A DNA stretch of 64,000 nucleotides from Histomonas meleagridis 2922-C6/04-290x (lineage: Eukaryota > Protista > Parabasalia), in the NCBI GenBank assembly GCA_020184695.1, contig JAANOX010000273.1, forward strand, positions 124,001 to 188,000, given 5' to 3'. Positions 8,525-20,398 of this stretch are shown piece by piece. The notes under the pieces were generated by a model, which was given only the letters and a program-made list of their open reading frames with translations, was not told the origin of the DNA and did no database searches. Positions within the stretch are counted from its first letter, which is position 1. Each line of letters opens with the position of its first letter. A program made the position numbers and the translations under genes.

Positions 8525-11263
8525 ATGGGACCAAATGTATCTTCTACAGAGCCTTTAACTCCTCAAAGAACAAAACAAAATATTGCATTTTTTCATCAGA
8601 TGCTAATTGTTATTCATGGTGCAAGAAAAACAGGGAAGACATCCTTATTTTGTAGAATGAATGGGAAAGATTTGACGCCTGATTATCGGCCCACTCGATT
8701 TATGAAAGCGTCTGAAATAATATGGAACCCAATAAGCCAACCAAGTGAAACAATAAAAATCAATGTATGGGATGTTGTTGATAAAGCAATTGAATCAAAT
8801 CCTGATGTAAAGCGCACAAAGAAGTTACCAGATGCTTCCAATGTTGACACATTATCACATGCAGATGGAGTAATTGTTTTATATGATCCTCGAAATGAAG
8901 AAACCATCAAATATGCACAGTCAATTATCGATCAAGTTCCTCAGTCAACACCTTTAATAATTCTTTCCAATTTTTGTGACACAATTGATAATCCACATTT
9001 CATTCATCCTCTTATGGAAACGTATGCCGAAAAATATTTTCACTTATCAACATCAATGAATCGTAACATAGGTTTACAGGAAATTGCCACATGGCTTGAT
9101 CTTCCAATGTACATCAGCCTCCGCAAGATATATTCACTTCATCTTGATGAGGAAAGTAAACGTCTCAAAGAGCTTTTGACACAATTCAATCAATACGACT
9201 TCACCGAGCCACCCACCACAAAAAGTGACAGCCCATCGAATGAAAAGCCGCCGACCACAATAAACGGCCTCCCTACAATTGATACTGAAGATGTCGATAA
9301 TGACTTTTGGGGTAACACAACAGAAACTAATGAACATCTCTCTAACTTCTTTGGAAATGAAGATGAAACAAAAGCTAAGACACAGGAACAAACTATATTC
9401 GTACCAACAATTGGAGATAATACTGTTGATGATGATAACTTCTTTGACGACGATAGCGATAGCGAAAATGAAGAAAAGGATTTAGAGAAATTCATGAAAT
9501 TACATCCAATTCCTAAACTTGACTTTACAACCATTGATGCAACGAACAATATCAAAGTAAATAATAATAAAGAAGAAGTTGCGGAAAAGGAAAAAGAAAA
9601 AGAAGAGGAAAAAGAAGTAAAAATAAGGCAACAAAATACTGGAAAGAAATATAAAGTACTTTCTGCACCAAAAATACAAAAGCCAATTATCAAAGAAGCG
9701 CCAAAACCTGCACAAATAGAAAAGAAAAATAATAATGAAGAAACTGAACAAGTCAAAGATAATACAGCCGAAGTATCACAGACATTGGATAATATTCAAG
9801 CTCAAGAGAAATCAATTGCAAGTATTCAATTAAATGATGATGAAGTAAACGATGACTTCTTTGATGATGAAGAAAAGCCAAACACAACGAAACTTCAAAA
9901 TGTTACAATTCCACAGATAAATGAAACCAAAGTAAGCGATGACTACTTTGATGATGAAGAAAAGCCAAGCACAACGAAACTAATGATACCTCAAATAGAC
10001 GAAGGAAAAGTTGACGATGACTTCTTCAATGATGACAAAGAAGAGCCAAAAGACATTAATAGTGCAAATGCTCTTCAGCAAACACAAACTGTAATTCCTC
10101 AAATAGATGACGCAAAAGTAAGCGATGACTTCTTCAATGATGATGAAGAAAAACAAAATGCAAACAAATCTATAATTCCTCAAAAGGAATATCATTCAAA
10201 TGATAACTTGTTAAGCGAAGAAAAGCCAAGCGCAACTTCACCAATAATTCCTCAAATAGACGAAGGCAAAGTTGACGATGACTTCTTCAATGATGATAAA
10301 GAGCCAAAAGACATTAATAGTGCAAATGCTCTTCAGCAAGCACAAACTGTAATTCATCAAATAGATGACGCAAAAGTAAGCGATGACTTCTTTAATGATG
10401 ATAAAGAAAAACAAAATGCAAGCAAATCTATAATTCCTCAAATAAACGATGCAAAAGTAAGCGATGACTTCTTTAATGATGAAGAAAAGCCAAACACTGC
10501 TAAACCAATAATTCCTCAAATAGACGAAGGCAAAGTTGACGATGACTTCTTTAATGATGATAAAGAGCCAAAAGATATTAATAATGCAAATGCTCTTCAG
10601 CAAACGCAAACTGTAATTCCTCAAATTGGTGATGGTAAAGTTGATGATGACTTCTTTAATGACGACAATAAAGAAATCATTAATAGTGCTGCACCCAAGC
10701 AAAACACAAGTGAAACAAAAACAGAAAAAGAAGACACAAAACTCGAAGACGATTTCTTCAATGATAACGAAACTAAAGAACAACAAAACACAAAAATTGA
10801 TGATTTCTTTAATAATATCACGTCTTCAAATAATGGAAGTAACAGTCACTTCTTTTCAGATGGTGATGATGATCAATCAATTCCGACAATAAAGGAACTA
10901 AAGTTTGCGCCGCTTGAGCCATCACTGAAACCGTTTACAAGTCAAACTCCATCAATTAAACCGTCAACGCCGAACGACTTTTCAATGAGTTATTCATTGA
11001 ATAATTCAATGCCTTCAGAAAATGCGAATACAACAGAAAATATATCTCCATCATATTCTAATCTTGGCTATGAAAGTTTCCCATCTCACCAAGGATACGA
11101 ATCCTTTGGAGGGTATGAAACAATTGAAGATCAACCTAAAAGCCGACCAAAGAAATCGCATCATTCACATCGAACAAGAAAGTCGAAAAGGCAAACAAAG
11201 AACCAGAAAAACTCGGACCCAAACCAAACTCCTGAAGGAACTGAAACTGATTTTCATGAATAA
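8525..11263 (+). CDS. RABL6: RABL6/PARF-like atypical Rab GTPase with long acidic repetitive C-terminal tail
   Basis: P-loop GARKTGKT, family-typical G3 variant KINVWDVVDK, NFCD at G4, and GLQEIATWLDLP after the G domain; acidic tail with a basic patch near the C-terminus. Confidence 0.75.
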   Translation: MGPNVSSTEPLTPQRTKQNIAFFHQMLIVIHGARKTGKTSLFCRMNGKDLTPDYRPTRFMKASEIIWNPISQPSETIKINVWDVVDKAIESNPDVKRTKKLPDASNVDTLSHADGVIVLYDPRNEETIKYAQSIIDQVPQSTPLIILSNFCDTIDNPHFIHPLMETYAEKYFHLSTSMNRNIGLQEIATWLDLPMYISLRKIYSLHLDEESKRLKELLTQFNQYDFTEPPTTKSDSPSNEKPPTTINGLPTIDTEDVDNDFWGNTTETNEHLSNFFGNEDETKAKTQEQTIFVPTIGDNTVDDDNFFDDDSDSENEEKDLEKFMKLHPIPKLDFTTIDATNNIKVNNNKEEVAEKEKEKEEEKEVKIRQQNTGKKYKVLSAPKIQKPIIKEAPKPAQIEKKNNNEETEQVKDNTAEVSQTLDNIQAQEKSIASIQLNDDEVNDDFFDDEEKPNTTKLQNVTIPQINETKVSDDYFDDEEKPSTTKLMIPQIDEGKVDDDFFNDDKEEPKDINSANALQQTQTVIPQIDDAKVSDDFFNDDEEKQNANKSIIPQKEYHSNDNLLSEEKPSATSPIIPQIDEGKVDDDFFNDDKEPKDINSANALQQAQTVIHQIDDAKVSDDFFNDDKEKQNASKSIIPQINDAKVSDDFFNDEEKPNTAKPIIPQIDEGKVDDDFFNDDKEPKDINNANALQQTQTVIPQIGDGKVDDDFFNDDNKEIINSAAPKQNTSETKTEKEDTKLEDDFFNDNETKEQQNTKIDDFFNNITSSNNGSNSHFFSDGDDDQSIPTIKELKFAPLEPSLKPFTSQTPSIKPSTPNDFSMSYSLNNSMPSENANTTENISPSYSNLGYESFPSHQGYESFGGYETIEDQPKSRPKKSHHSHRTRKSKRQTKNQKNSDPNQTPEGTETDFHE
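9823..10815 (+). repeat. Coding tandem repeat in the RABL6-like tail (IPQI-x-E/D-x-KV-x-DDFFNDD units)
   Basis: Eleven DD[F/Y]F motifs. Near-identical DNA units such as attcctcaaatagacgaaggcaaagttgacgatgacttcttcaatgatgataaagagccaaaagacatt recur at about 10.0, 10.25 and 10.51 kb. Confidence 0.9.
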
Positions 11264-11450
11264 ACTTTTATTTGCGAAGTGTTGACAAAGTTAAAAAAAA
11301 TTTTTCAAAACGATAAAAAAATATCTTTTCAATTATCTGAATGCGAACAATTCAAAACTTTATTTTTAATTAAGTTTCTGGTTCAATGAAATTTCGCGTT
11401 TTCAATTATTAATTGTAAACTTTTTGAATGTTATCCCCAAGAAAGTGACA

Positions 11451-14400
11451 ATGGGAGAGTCTTGGGTTCCAATTAATGGATATGCAATTATAACACATAG
11501 TTTCATAGCAATTGATCAAAGTCAGATAACAGTAATTACAGGTGATGTTTTAAGAGTTATTGAAAAAACAAATGATTGGTATCGTGGTAAAAATATTTAC
11601 ACAAAGAAAGATGGTATATTTCCAATTTCTTGCGCTCACCTTTATGAGGGAGATGATATAAATCCTCAATCATTACTATCAAAATCAGAAGATATTTTAT
11701 TTTTAGAAACTGCTATTACAATTCGATATGCATTAAACTCAATGCAAAAAGCTCCTCCAAAAAATGTAATACAAATTAGTAATCGTATAGTTGATGTTAT
11801 ATCAATGTATAATTTATGTAAACAACAAACAGATCAAAATTCAGTTTCTACTCACGTTAACCTTGCAACAAATATTGATAATCTCAGATGTGAACTTGGA
11901 ATCCCAAAGAATAAGCGTTCATTTTATTCATCAATGACTACACTTTCAACATGGGGTCGAGATATTATTGAAAATAATTCATCATCTGAAAGCCAACAAA
12001 GTACACAATACCAATATAATTTATTACATGCTTCATTTAAGATAAAGATGATTAAAGATCAAATGATCTTTCGTTTTTTCTTATATAATTCCAGTAAGAA
12101 CTCTTATATTAGTTGTCCCATTTCTTTATTAGTATCACCCGAGAAACAAGATTATGAATTAGTATTTGACCAATTAGATAAGAGAGATTTATCATCTAAA
12201 ATTTGGTTATGTATTTATTCATATGAAATTCCTGTCCATCGTGAAGGCCAATTTGATGAAAGAAAATTCGTTGCTTGTGCTTCGGTAGAAGTACCCCCAT
12301 GTGATAACATCGATAGCTATGGCAAAAGTATAACCGTCGAAGCTCAATCCACAACGTCATCAAACAAGTCAATTTTCCCAATTTTTCATACAATTCTGAC
12401 GCAAACCGAAATTCCTCATTCAATTGAGAAAACGTTAGTGCGGTGTGCCCCATATTTTACGATACGTTTAACACCATATTTTGGTAAAACAGAATCAATT
12501 GTTCAAGGACTTAATTTAACTGAATGTCAAATAATTCCACCCTTGCTATTTCCCTCAACAATATCTCCAAGTGAGAAACGATCAATGATCACAATTAATT
12601 TAAGTAATTTACAATTAAATTTAAGTCATAAGAAAACACGAATAATCGTTCGAATATTGGATGTAGAAAAAAAGGCCTTTTTACCAGGATTTGAAAGTAT
12701 AATGATGATGTTACATAATAGTTTAATTTGGTGTTCACCAATTTATTCAAAAGATTGTAAAATCCATGAAACGTTTTCATTTGACTTAAATGTCACGCAA
12801 ACGTCATTATCACATTTATTGATGATCATTCAAATCGATAAAATATCATTCACCGACAAGAAGTTTGTTCCATGTTCATATGGGATAATACCTTTAGCGA
12901 GTGAAATTGGAAGTTTTACATTAAAGACAGAATCCGAAATTGATTTACATCCATTTTCTGTAAAGTCACAAATTATTAAACCCGAAAACTTTGATATTCA
13001 TCCCAAATCCAAATCGGTTGGAAAGATTAAATATCATTTAACATTAACATCCACGAAGATCACACAAAACAAAGCGTTATATAAATTATTAAATTATAAA
13101 CAATTTGAAAATGAAATTAGTGAAAACATCAAAAACTTTTTATTCTCTGGCATTTCAGAATGGTATAAATATTCGTCGTCATTAATATTTACATTATCAA
13201 ACATTATCGCGACAATACCAAATCATTCATTAGAAGCATTTAATGCATTACAATCAATGTTTGGCGAAATATTATCACTTGCAAGTATGGATTATAGTAA
13301 TACAAATGAATTATTTTTAGATCAATTTGATACTAAAACTAAAGATCCGTCAAATCCATTTTATTTATTAAGTGATTCAATGTTACCATTATTAATTAAT
13401 GCATTAAATCAAAATCCATATTCACAAGAATATCGAAATTTAATTCGAACATTACCATATTTAATACAATTAATCTCTAAATCATTTTCATTAAATCCTA
13501 AAGAAGAAAAACGTGAAAGTATTCGAAATGTATTTCATATCTTAAATGAAATTATACATAATAATGGTGGAGAAGATAAAATACAAAGCACTTGTATCTT
13601 AGCTAATCAACGATTATTATTCCAAAACTTTTCGATGTTAATTAATTCATTAACATTATGTTTTTCACCACAAGACGCGTTAGAAATCATTGAAAAGTTC
13701 ATTGAATCTATACGTAAAGATAATGTTACAATTGATAAATGTAAAATGGAATTATTATTAGAGTTAAGTTTTAATGGCATCTGGAATTTAAGCACAAGTA
13801 ATAAACTTCAAGAATTATTTTTCAAGGAAATCATTGAAGCATTTAAGAAGCCTCATTGCATTGAATATATTAATCGAATTTTAACATCGATATTATATTC
13901 AACAAATAGTAATTTCATCATCAAATTTTTATCTTCATTAGAACAAATTGAAGCAGATCAAGAATTAATTATATTGTTAATCTCTATCGCTTATTATTAT
14001 CCAGAATCTATTTCATTTAATATGTTCTATAAGATTAGTTGTTCACGATTTCTATTTCCAGTTCAACGATTATTTATATTATTATATTTAATTAATGTTA
14101 ATTATGAAAATTATATAATAAAATTAAATGAAATGAAGAAAGAGAAGAAATTAGAATTTTTTCATTTTATATTTCGTTTAGCTTTACGATGTGAAAAGAA
14201 ATATACGTTACAACTAGATGAACAATTATATCAAGAAATATATATCACTAAATTTGACTTTATTATATTAGAGAAATATTATAAATCATTACCAACAAAT
14301 GAACAAGCAGATTTTACTTTAATACCAATAATATTTCGAATTTATATATTGTTCAAAAACCCAACGATATTTTATATATGGTATGACATATTACAAGCTG

Positions 14401-15899
14401 ATATTAATATAAATTATTCTCCAAATAAAACTTTGGAAGAAACATTATATTCATTTTGGAAATTCTCCAAAAGTCATCGATTTAAAATATTATTAAATGC
14501 ATTCGATCAAATTAAAACTTTGCAAACATTATCAAAACATACAAATAACTTTAATAAAATTATAAATTCTTTAATGATAATACGTAAATTAAATAATTCT
14601 AATTCTACTCAAGATGAAAAAGGTGAAGCAATTGTATATGTTTATGAATATGCAAAATCTTTAAATAGTGTTCGATTGCAATTAAAAATGTTAAAGTTGT
14701 TGATCGAATTAAATGATTCATGTAAAAATGATTTAGAAACTGCAAATTGTTTAAAGTTAATTTTAACTTTAATCCCTTGTGATAATAATAAATTAAAGTC
14801 AAAGTTTTTAGACTTTAATGCTGAAACTAATAGAGAGTTACACATTCAAATATTATTCCGTATCGTTAATTTATACATTGGTAAAGATTTCGATGAATTA
14901 GCTTTGAATGTATTACAACAAATTATCGACACTTGCATAAAACCGTTTCAGCACATTGAATTAATGTCAAAAGTGAAGTCGTTATATTCAGCGGTTTACG
15001 CAAAAATGTCGAAACCGTTTAGGGAATATCCAATGTATTTCAAATGTTCATTTTATGGTAATTCTTTCTCAGAATCTTATAAAAATCGATCATTCATATA
15101 CCGATATAATTCATCTACTATGGATCGTCAAGTGATTTTTGAGATGAAACAATTATTTCCAAATGCTAATGTTATGAAAGATACTGGTGAAATAACAAAT
15201 AATGAGAATGAAATGAATATATATGTTCAATCAGCATTTGTTTCAACATCAGAAGAAATATTTGATAAATATTATACACCTGATTATCATTTGCAAATCT
15301 CGAATGCACAATTTCGAGAAAATGGTTCTCCAACAATTTTTAAGTGCGAAAGAAGGCCGAAACTTAAAGAAAGCGAAGGCAAACCACAAAATGAACTTAC
15401 GAATTTCATTGTGCAACAAAACTTTTATAAGACGAAAAGTTCATTTCCGAACTTATTACGAAGAATTGAAATCGAACAAACATTTCCCGAACGTGAATTG
15501 CAGCCAATTGAGTTTCATATTGCAAACATCACAAAGAAAAACTATAAATTAAACTTGGAAAAGTATTCGTTAGAAAGATTATTCGACCAATTTAATCGGA
15601 TACCAAACAATAAGTCGCTGATTAACTTGAATGGCACTGTCATGTCCGAAATACAATCGATGACAAGTGGAACAACTTATAAATTATGTATTATGTTCCT
15701 CTGCAGTAAAAATTTGGCGGAGAATGCGTCGATGAAAAAATTCTTGGAAAAGTTAAAGGAAAAAGTGTTGGAACAATATAAAATATTGGAACAATGCGTA
15801 ATGTTCTTGAAGGAGGTGGAAAGTAAAGAACAGGCAAAAAATACTGAAAACGAATTCAACCAAATGAAAGAGGCGGTAAAAGTTTGGATGGATAAATAA
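11451..15899 (+). CDS. DOCK-family Rho/Rac GEF (N-terminal SH3, DHR-1/C2, DHR-2)
   Basis: SH3 (YAIITHSF...GDVLRVIEKTNDWYRG...GIFPIS), DHR-1-like region (PSEKRSMITINL...SHLLMII) and DHR-2-like YFKCSFYGNSF...FIYR and LNGTV. First ATG is at 11451. Confidence 0.8.
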   Translation: MGESWVPINGYAIITHSFIAIDQSQITVITGDVLRVIEKTNDWYRGKNIYTKKDGIFPISCAHLYEGDDINPQSLLSKSEDILFLETAITIRYALNSMQKAPPKNVIQISNRIVDVISMYNLCKQQTDQNSVSTHVNLATNIDNLRCELGIPKNKRSFYSSMTTLSTWGRDIIENNSSSESQQSTQYQYNLLHASFKIKMIKDQMIFRFFLYNSSKNSYISCPISLLVSPEKQDYELVFDQLDKRDLSSKIWLCIYSYEIPVHREGQFDERKFVACASVEVPPCDNIDSYGKSITVEAQSTTSSNKSIFPIFHTILTQTEIPHSIEKTLVRCAPYFTIRLTPYFGKTESIVQGLNLTECQIIPPLLFPSTISPSEKRSMITINLSNLQLNLSHKKTRIIVRILDVEKKAFLPGFESIMMMLHNSLIWCSPIYSKDCKIHETFSFDLNVTQTSLSHLLMIIQIDKISFTDKKFVPCSYGIIPLASEIGSFTLKTESEIDLHPFSVKSQIIKPENFDIHPKSKSVGKIKYHLTLTSTKITQNKALYKLLNYKQFENEISENIKNFLFSGISEWYKYSSSLIFTLSNIIATIPNHSLEAFNALQSMFGEILSLASMDYSNTNELFLDQFDTKTKDPSNPFYLLSDSMLPLLINALNQNPYSQEYRNLIRTLPYLIQLISKSFSLNPKEEKRESIRNVFHILNEIIHNNGGEDKIQSTCILANQRLLFQNFSMLINSLTLCFSPQDALEIIEKFIESIRKDNVTIDKCKMELLLELSFNGIWNLSTSNKLQELFFKEIIEAFKKPHCIEYINRILTSILYSTNSNFIIKFLSSLEQIEADQELIILLISIAYYYPESISFNMFYKISCSRFLFPVQRLFILLYLINVNYENYIIKLNEMKKEKKLEFFHFIFRLALRCEKKYTLQLDEQLYQEIYITKFDFIILEKYYKSLPTNEQADFTLIPIIFRIYILFKNPTIFYIWYDILQADININYSPNKTLEETLYSFWKFSKSHRFKILLNAFDQIKTLQTLSKHTNNFNKIINSLMIIRKLNNSNSTQDEKGEAIVYVYEYAKSLNSVRLQLKMLKLLIELNDSCKNDLETANCLKLILTLIPCDNNKLKSKFLDFNAETNRELHIQILFRIVNLYIGKDFDELALNVLQQIIDTCIKPFQHIELMSKVKSLYSAVYAKMSKPFREYPMYFKCSFYGNSFSESYKNRSFIYRYNSSTMDRQVIFEMKQLFPNANVMKDTGEITNNENEMNIYVQSAFVSTSEEIFDKYYTPDYHLQISNAQFRENGSPTIFKCERRPKLKESEGKPQNELTNFIVQQNFYKTKSSFPNLLRRIEIEQTFPERELQPIEFHIANITKKNYKLNLEKYSLERLFDQFNRIPNNKSLINLNGTVMSEIQSMTSGTTYKLCIMFLCSKNLAENASMKKFLEKLKEKVLEQYKILEQCVMFLKEVESKEQAKNTENEFNQMKEAVKVWMDK

Positions 15900-15970
15900 A
15901 TTTAATAAAATTAATTCGAGTAGTGAATTTGAATTTGATTTCTTTGTTGCGAATTAATGAGAATTTGTTA

Positions 15971-16097
15971 ATATTAACGAGTAATACATATTAAAGAGTA
16001 ATACATATTAACGAGTGATACATATTAAAGAGTAATACATATTAACGAGTGATAATATTAACGAGTAATGCATATTAACGAGTAATACATGTTAAAT
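15971..16097. repeat. 17-bp tandem repeat, about 7.5 copies
   Basis: Consensus catattaacgagtaata, with variants aaag/aacg and agtaata/agtgata; two copies lack the leading c. Confidence 0.95.
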
Positions 16098-16897
16098 GAT
16101 ATCATTAAATGGATAGAATTCAAGGGATACTTTTGACACATTGATGATTCCTTAAAAAGTTTTTTCAGCAGAAACAACTGAAGATTCTCCACGCCACTTA
16201 TTTTCGAGTCTCTGATTTCTGAAATCAGAGTTCTGGTTTGTAATATCTGAAACATATGTTGTTCCCAATAATTCTTTGAAAGTTCCTTAAAATTGTATCT
16301 CTACATAAAGATATATTGTTATACAACCACTTTCATCGTTCTATTGCTCCTTCAGCGGAACTAATTTATTTCATACAAAAAGATTATGTTTAATCATTTT
16401 CTCAATAAGACAACATACATGTGTACACAAGACATGATAAGTGTATCATTAAGAAAACACCCAAATGCATCACTATCCCAAAATATTCCAGTTTCCTAAT
16501 TGAATGCTATATAACATTGAATGAAGTAATATAATAAGTTCTGGAACATTTTTATAATCAATCGTAAATTGCATCATGAGTAACATAATGAATGAATTAT
16601 ACATAACATTATAAATATATATCAAAAACATCTGCTTTTATTGCAGTTAGCTTCTCTCATTTGACAAATAATTATGTGAGAAATATTTGTTAACAAATAT
16701 CTTTTTTCAAATAAAAAATCACTTACTTGATCAATACAAGCATACCTAAGTTCCGGATCGACTTAACAAAGTGATAACAATATATTTTGATTACTAGAAA
16801 GATATTTTTTTAAATTTCATTTTTAAATTAAAATTATTTTTTTCATTAATTTTTTTTTAAAAAATTAATAACAAAAATTTTATAAGAATTATACAAT

Positions 16898-17461
<564 letters not shown>

Positions 17462-17878
17462 ATGGCTCGTACTAAACAAACAGCTCGTAAATCTACAGGT
17501 GGTAAGACACCACGTAAATCACTTGGTGCTAAGGCAGCACGTAAGTCAACACCAGTTGTTGATTCACAAGGAGCAAAGAAACAACATCGTTTTCGACCAG
17601 GTACAGTTGCACTTCGAGAAATTCGTAAATATCAAAAGAGCACAGATCTATTAATTCGTAAGCTTCCATTCCAACGTCTTGTTCGAGAAATTGCGTCCGG
17701 TTTTAGAGGAGATCTTCGTTTTCAATCATCAGCTATTGCAGCACTTCAAGAAGCATCAGAAGCATATCTTGTAGGACTTTTTGAAGATACGAATCTTTGT
17801 GCTATTCATGCTAACCGTGTTACTATTATGGAACGTGATGTTCAACTTGCACAACGAATTCGTGGAGAACGCAATTAA
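17462..17878 (+). CDS. H3: Histone H3 (trichomonad-type)
   Basis: [29 protein letters not shown]...[34 protein letters not shown]. Confidence 0.99.
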   Translation: MARTKQTARKSTGGKTPRKSLGAKAARKSTPVVDSQGAKKQHRFRPGTVALREIRKYQKSTDLLIRKLPFQRLVREIASGFRGDLRFQSSAIAALQEASEAYLVGLFEDTNLCAIHANRVTIMERDVQLAQRIRGERN

Positions 17879-18286
17879 ACTTAAATAAATATTTATACAT
17901 GTTTAATTTATTTCATTGTTTCTAATTACAAACCAAATCTCAAAATTGTAAATTTGAATCAAAAACTCAGTTGACTATAATATCATAAAATGTACGAAAT
18001 AAAAAGAACGGGTATCATAATATACTTTCTGGAAATTCTGATTTTCTTTATTGATTGAAAAATATTAACTTCACCGGCTAACGGTCACCTCATCAATCAA
18101 CAACCGTTTGATTTGAATTCCAAACGATCGTATTTGAATGAACACCAACAGAAACAAATAATTATTTTGATGAACGTCGTTAAACTTGTTTTAATAAGAA
18201 CAAATTTTTAAATACTTTGATAATTTTTCATAGTTTTGTTAATATCAAAATATATTTAATTTTTTTTTGTTTCTTTATAAGTTTAT

Positions 18287-19510
18287 TCAACATTGCTGAT
18301 TCAATAATTTTTGCGCTTCTTTTATTTTCAGTTTGTTTATCTGTGCTAATATCTTTTCTCTCTGTTGTGCCAATGCTTCACTTTTCTCCTTTCTCTTCTT
18401 CTTCGCATAGCTCTCCGATGCCTTAAATCCCATAACTGTTTTTTCGAGCATCGATTTCTTCCGCTGCAAAACAAGTGAAAGTTTCGAATTCGATTCGATC
18501 ACTTCGTTAACTTGTGCCTCCAAAGTGTTCTGTTTCACCGTAAACACTTTCCTTGCGTTCTTAAGGATGTCGAGGAGCTCATCAATGCTTTTATCTGGAA
18601 CATCAACATCAATTCCCGAATCTTTCCATTTTTTGATGAGAGTTAAAGTCTTAGTTTTTAGCGATTGAACATTAGCAATCGATGATTCTGATGACGTAAC
18701 ACTTTTTTTGAGTGATTGGAGTTCTTGTTTGAGATCAATTAATTCATTTTGAAGTTCATATTTCTCATTCTCCCAGTTAACTGCATAAGAATGAACGCGA
18801 TTCTGGATCGAGTTTTGAGATTCGGACTCTTCGTGTCGAGTTACAAGATATTTAATGCGTGATTCAATATCTGCAATGTCACTATCAGCTTTTTGGATTT
18901 GGCCCTGAAGGTTAGTGATCTCTTTCTGGATATCAACAGAACGTCTGTTGTTACTTTCGATTTCTTGAGATTTGGAGATAATTGATTGATGTGCAATTTG
19001 AGCTTCACGGCGTAAATCTATCATCATCTTGATCTCACGACTCCGCTCAGTGCATTGTTTGGAGACATGACGAAGCTCTTGTATGTTTTTCATGAGATTG
19101 GAACGTTCAAGTTTTTGATTTTGAACTATTTCGATATTTTCAGATAAAACATTGCTGTACTCTTCAACAATATCATAAAGATTTTGATTTAGGCTGTTGT
19201 GCTCGTCTTGAAGATCAAATGCTTCTTTTTTAAGAAAGGATAAAGCATCAATTTTTTCCTTGAGAAAGTTTTTGTGCTCTTCGTTAATTTGGTCTACTAC
19301 TTGTGGATCATTGACTGATTCCTTTGGCTCATAAACAGGTATTTGTGTGAATTCGAAAAGCATATTTGCATTTTCAAAAACAAATATGTCATTTTTTCTA
19401 CTAACGATTTTAATTGTTAGATCTTGAGCATTGCTAGTTGTTGTCTTAAGTTCATCTAGGAGTGACTTCAATTGTTCTTCCTTGTTCTGAAAGGAAGAAA
19501 AGGAAGACAT
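18287..19510 (-). CDS. Coiled-coil protein of unknown function (407 aa)
   Basis: Long ATG-initiated ORF with heptad-rich E/K/Q/L composition, and an M3-like GACCGTTT about 26 nt upstream. Confidence 0.8.
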   Translation of the reverse strand: MSSFSSFQNKEEQLKSLLDELKTTTSNAQDLTIKIVSRKNDIFVFENANMLFEFTQIPVYEPKESVNDPQVVDQINEEHKNFLKEKIDALSFLKKEAFDLQDEHNSLNQNLYDIVEEYSNVLSENIEIVQNQKLERSNLMKNIQELRHVSKQCTERSREIKMMIDLRREAQIAHQSIISKSQEIESNNRRSVDIQKEITNLQGQIQKADSDIADIESRIKYLVTRHEESESQNSIQNRVHSYAVNWENEKYELQNELIDLKQELQSLKKSVTSSESSIANVQSLKTKTLTLIKKWKDSGIDVDVPDKSIDELLDILKNARKVFTVKQNTLEAQVNEVIESNSKLSLVLQRKKSMLEKTVMGFKASESYAKKKRKEKSEALAQQREKILAQINKLKIKEAQKLLNQQC

Positions 19511-20398
19511 CAGAAATAGGAATCTTTGTATAAATAAACGGTCGATTCTACACCATCATTATATATATAATAAGAATCGGCTAGCCGATGCCCAATTACG
19601 AAAATATCTAATAACGACTGCTCACCTCATGTTTTTGGTAGTTTCTTTTGTTTTTGAGTGTTTTCATTTTTAACATTTTTTTTCTTATTTACGATTAATT
19701 ATTTAATATAAAATCTAAATTCATTAGGCAAAATAAAAAATATACCTCATTCTAATTATACATATGTTTATTCAAAATTATCAAATATTCATAATTCCAT
19801 TGAAGAATTATCAAATTCTTTTTTGTTTTTTTCTTAGTTATCTATTGATTATCTTTACAACAATGTTGTTCAAATAATGAATGCATTGCAAGAAAAGTAA
19901 ATGATATATTATATTAAAGATAAAATCTGATGTTTAGGGTTTTATTTTGATAAAAATACATTATTTACTCTAAACATAAAATAAATTAAATGAAAAAATA
20001 GCCAACATGATGTATAGATGAAAATAATAGATAAAAGATGAATAATTTTTTTAATATTCAAATCGCTCATCACTCAAATCATTCGGTTTGTAACATACGT
20101 TAAGTTCAATGAATATGATAAAATGGTATAGATAATTTTAACAATTACTTATTAGTTGATATTATTTACTACATATAGAGAGGCCTAAACAATTTATCTG
20201 TTGATAACAAAAAGCAATAAATTTCTAATTATGTAAATATATTCGAAAAGCACTTTTTGAAAACGATTTCAATCAAAACCGATCAAAAATGCTACAATCT
20301 TTTTGGTATCAGTTAATATTAAAATGTTATATTACATTAGTTTGTACTTTGAACATCAAAGTTATTTATTTATATTCTTTTGCACATCAATTTATATA

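Noticed and set aside
15971-16097. CRISPR-like array
   Set aside because: Units are directly adjacent with no spacers; eukaryotic context.
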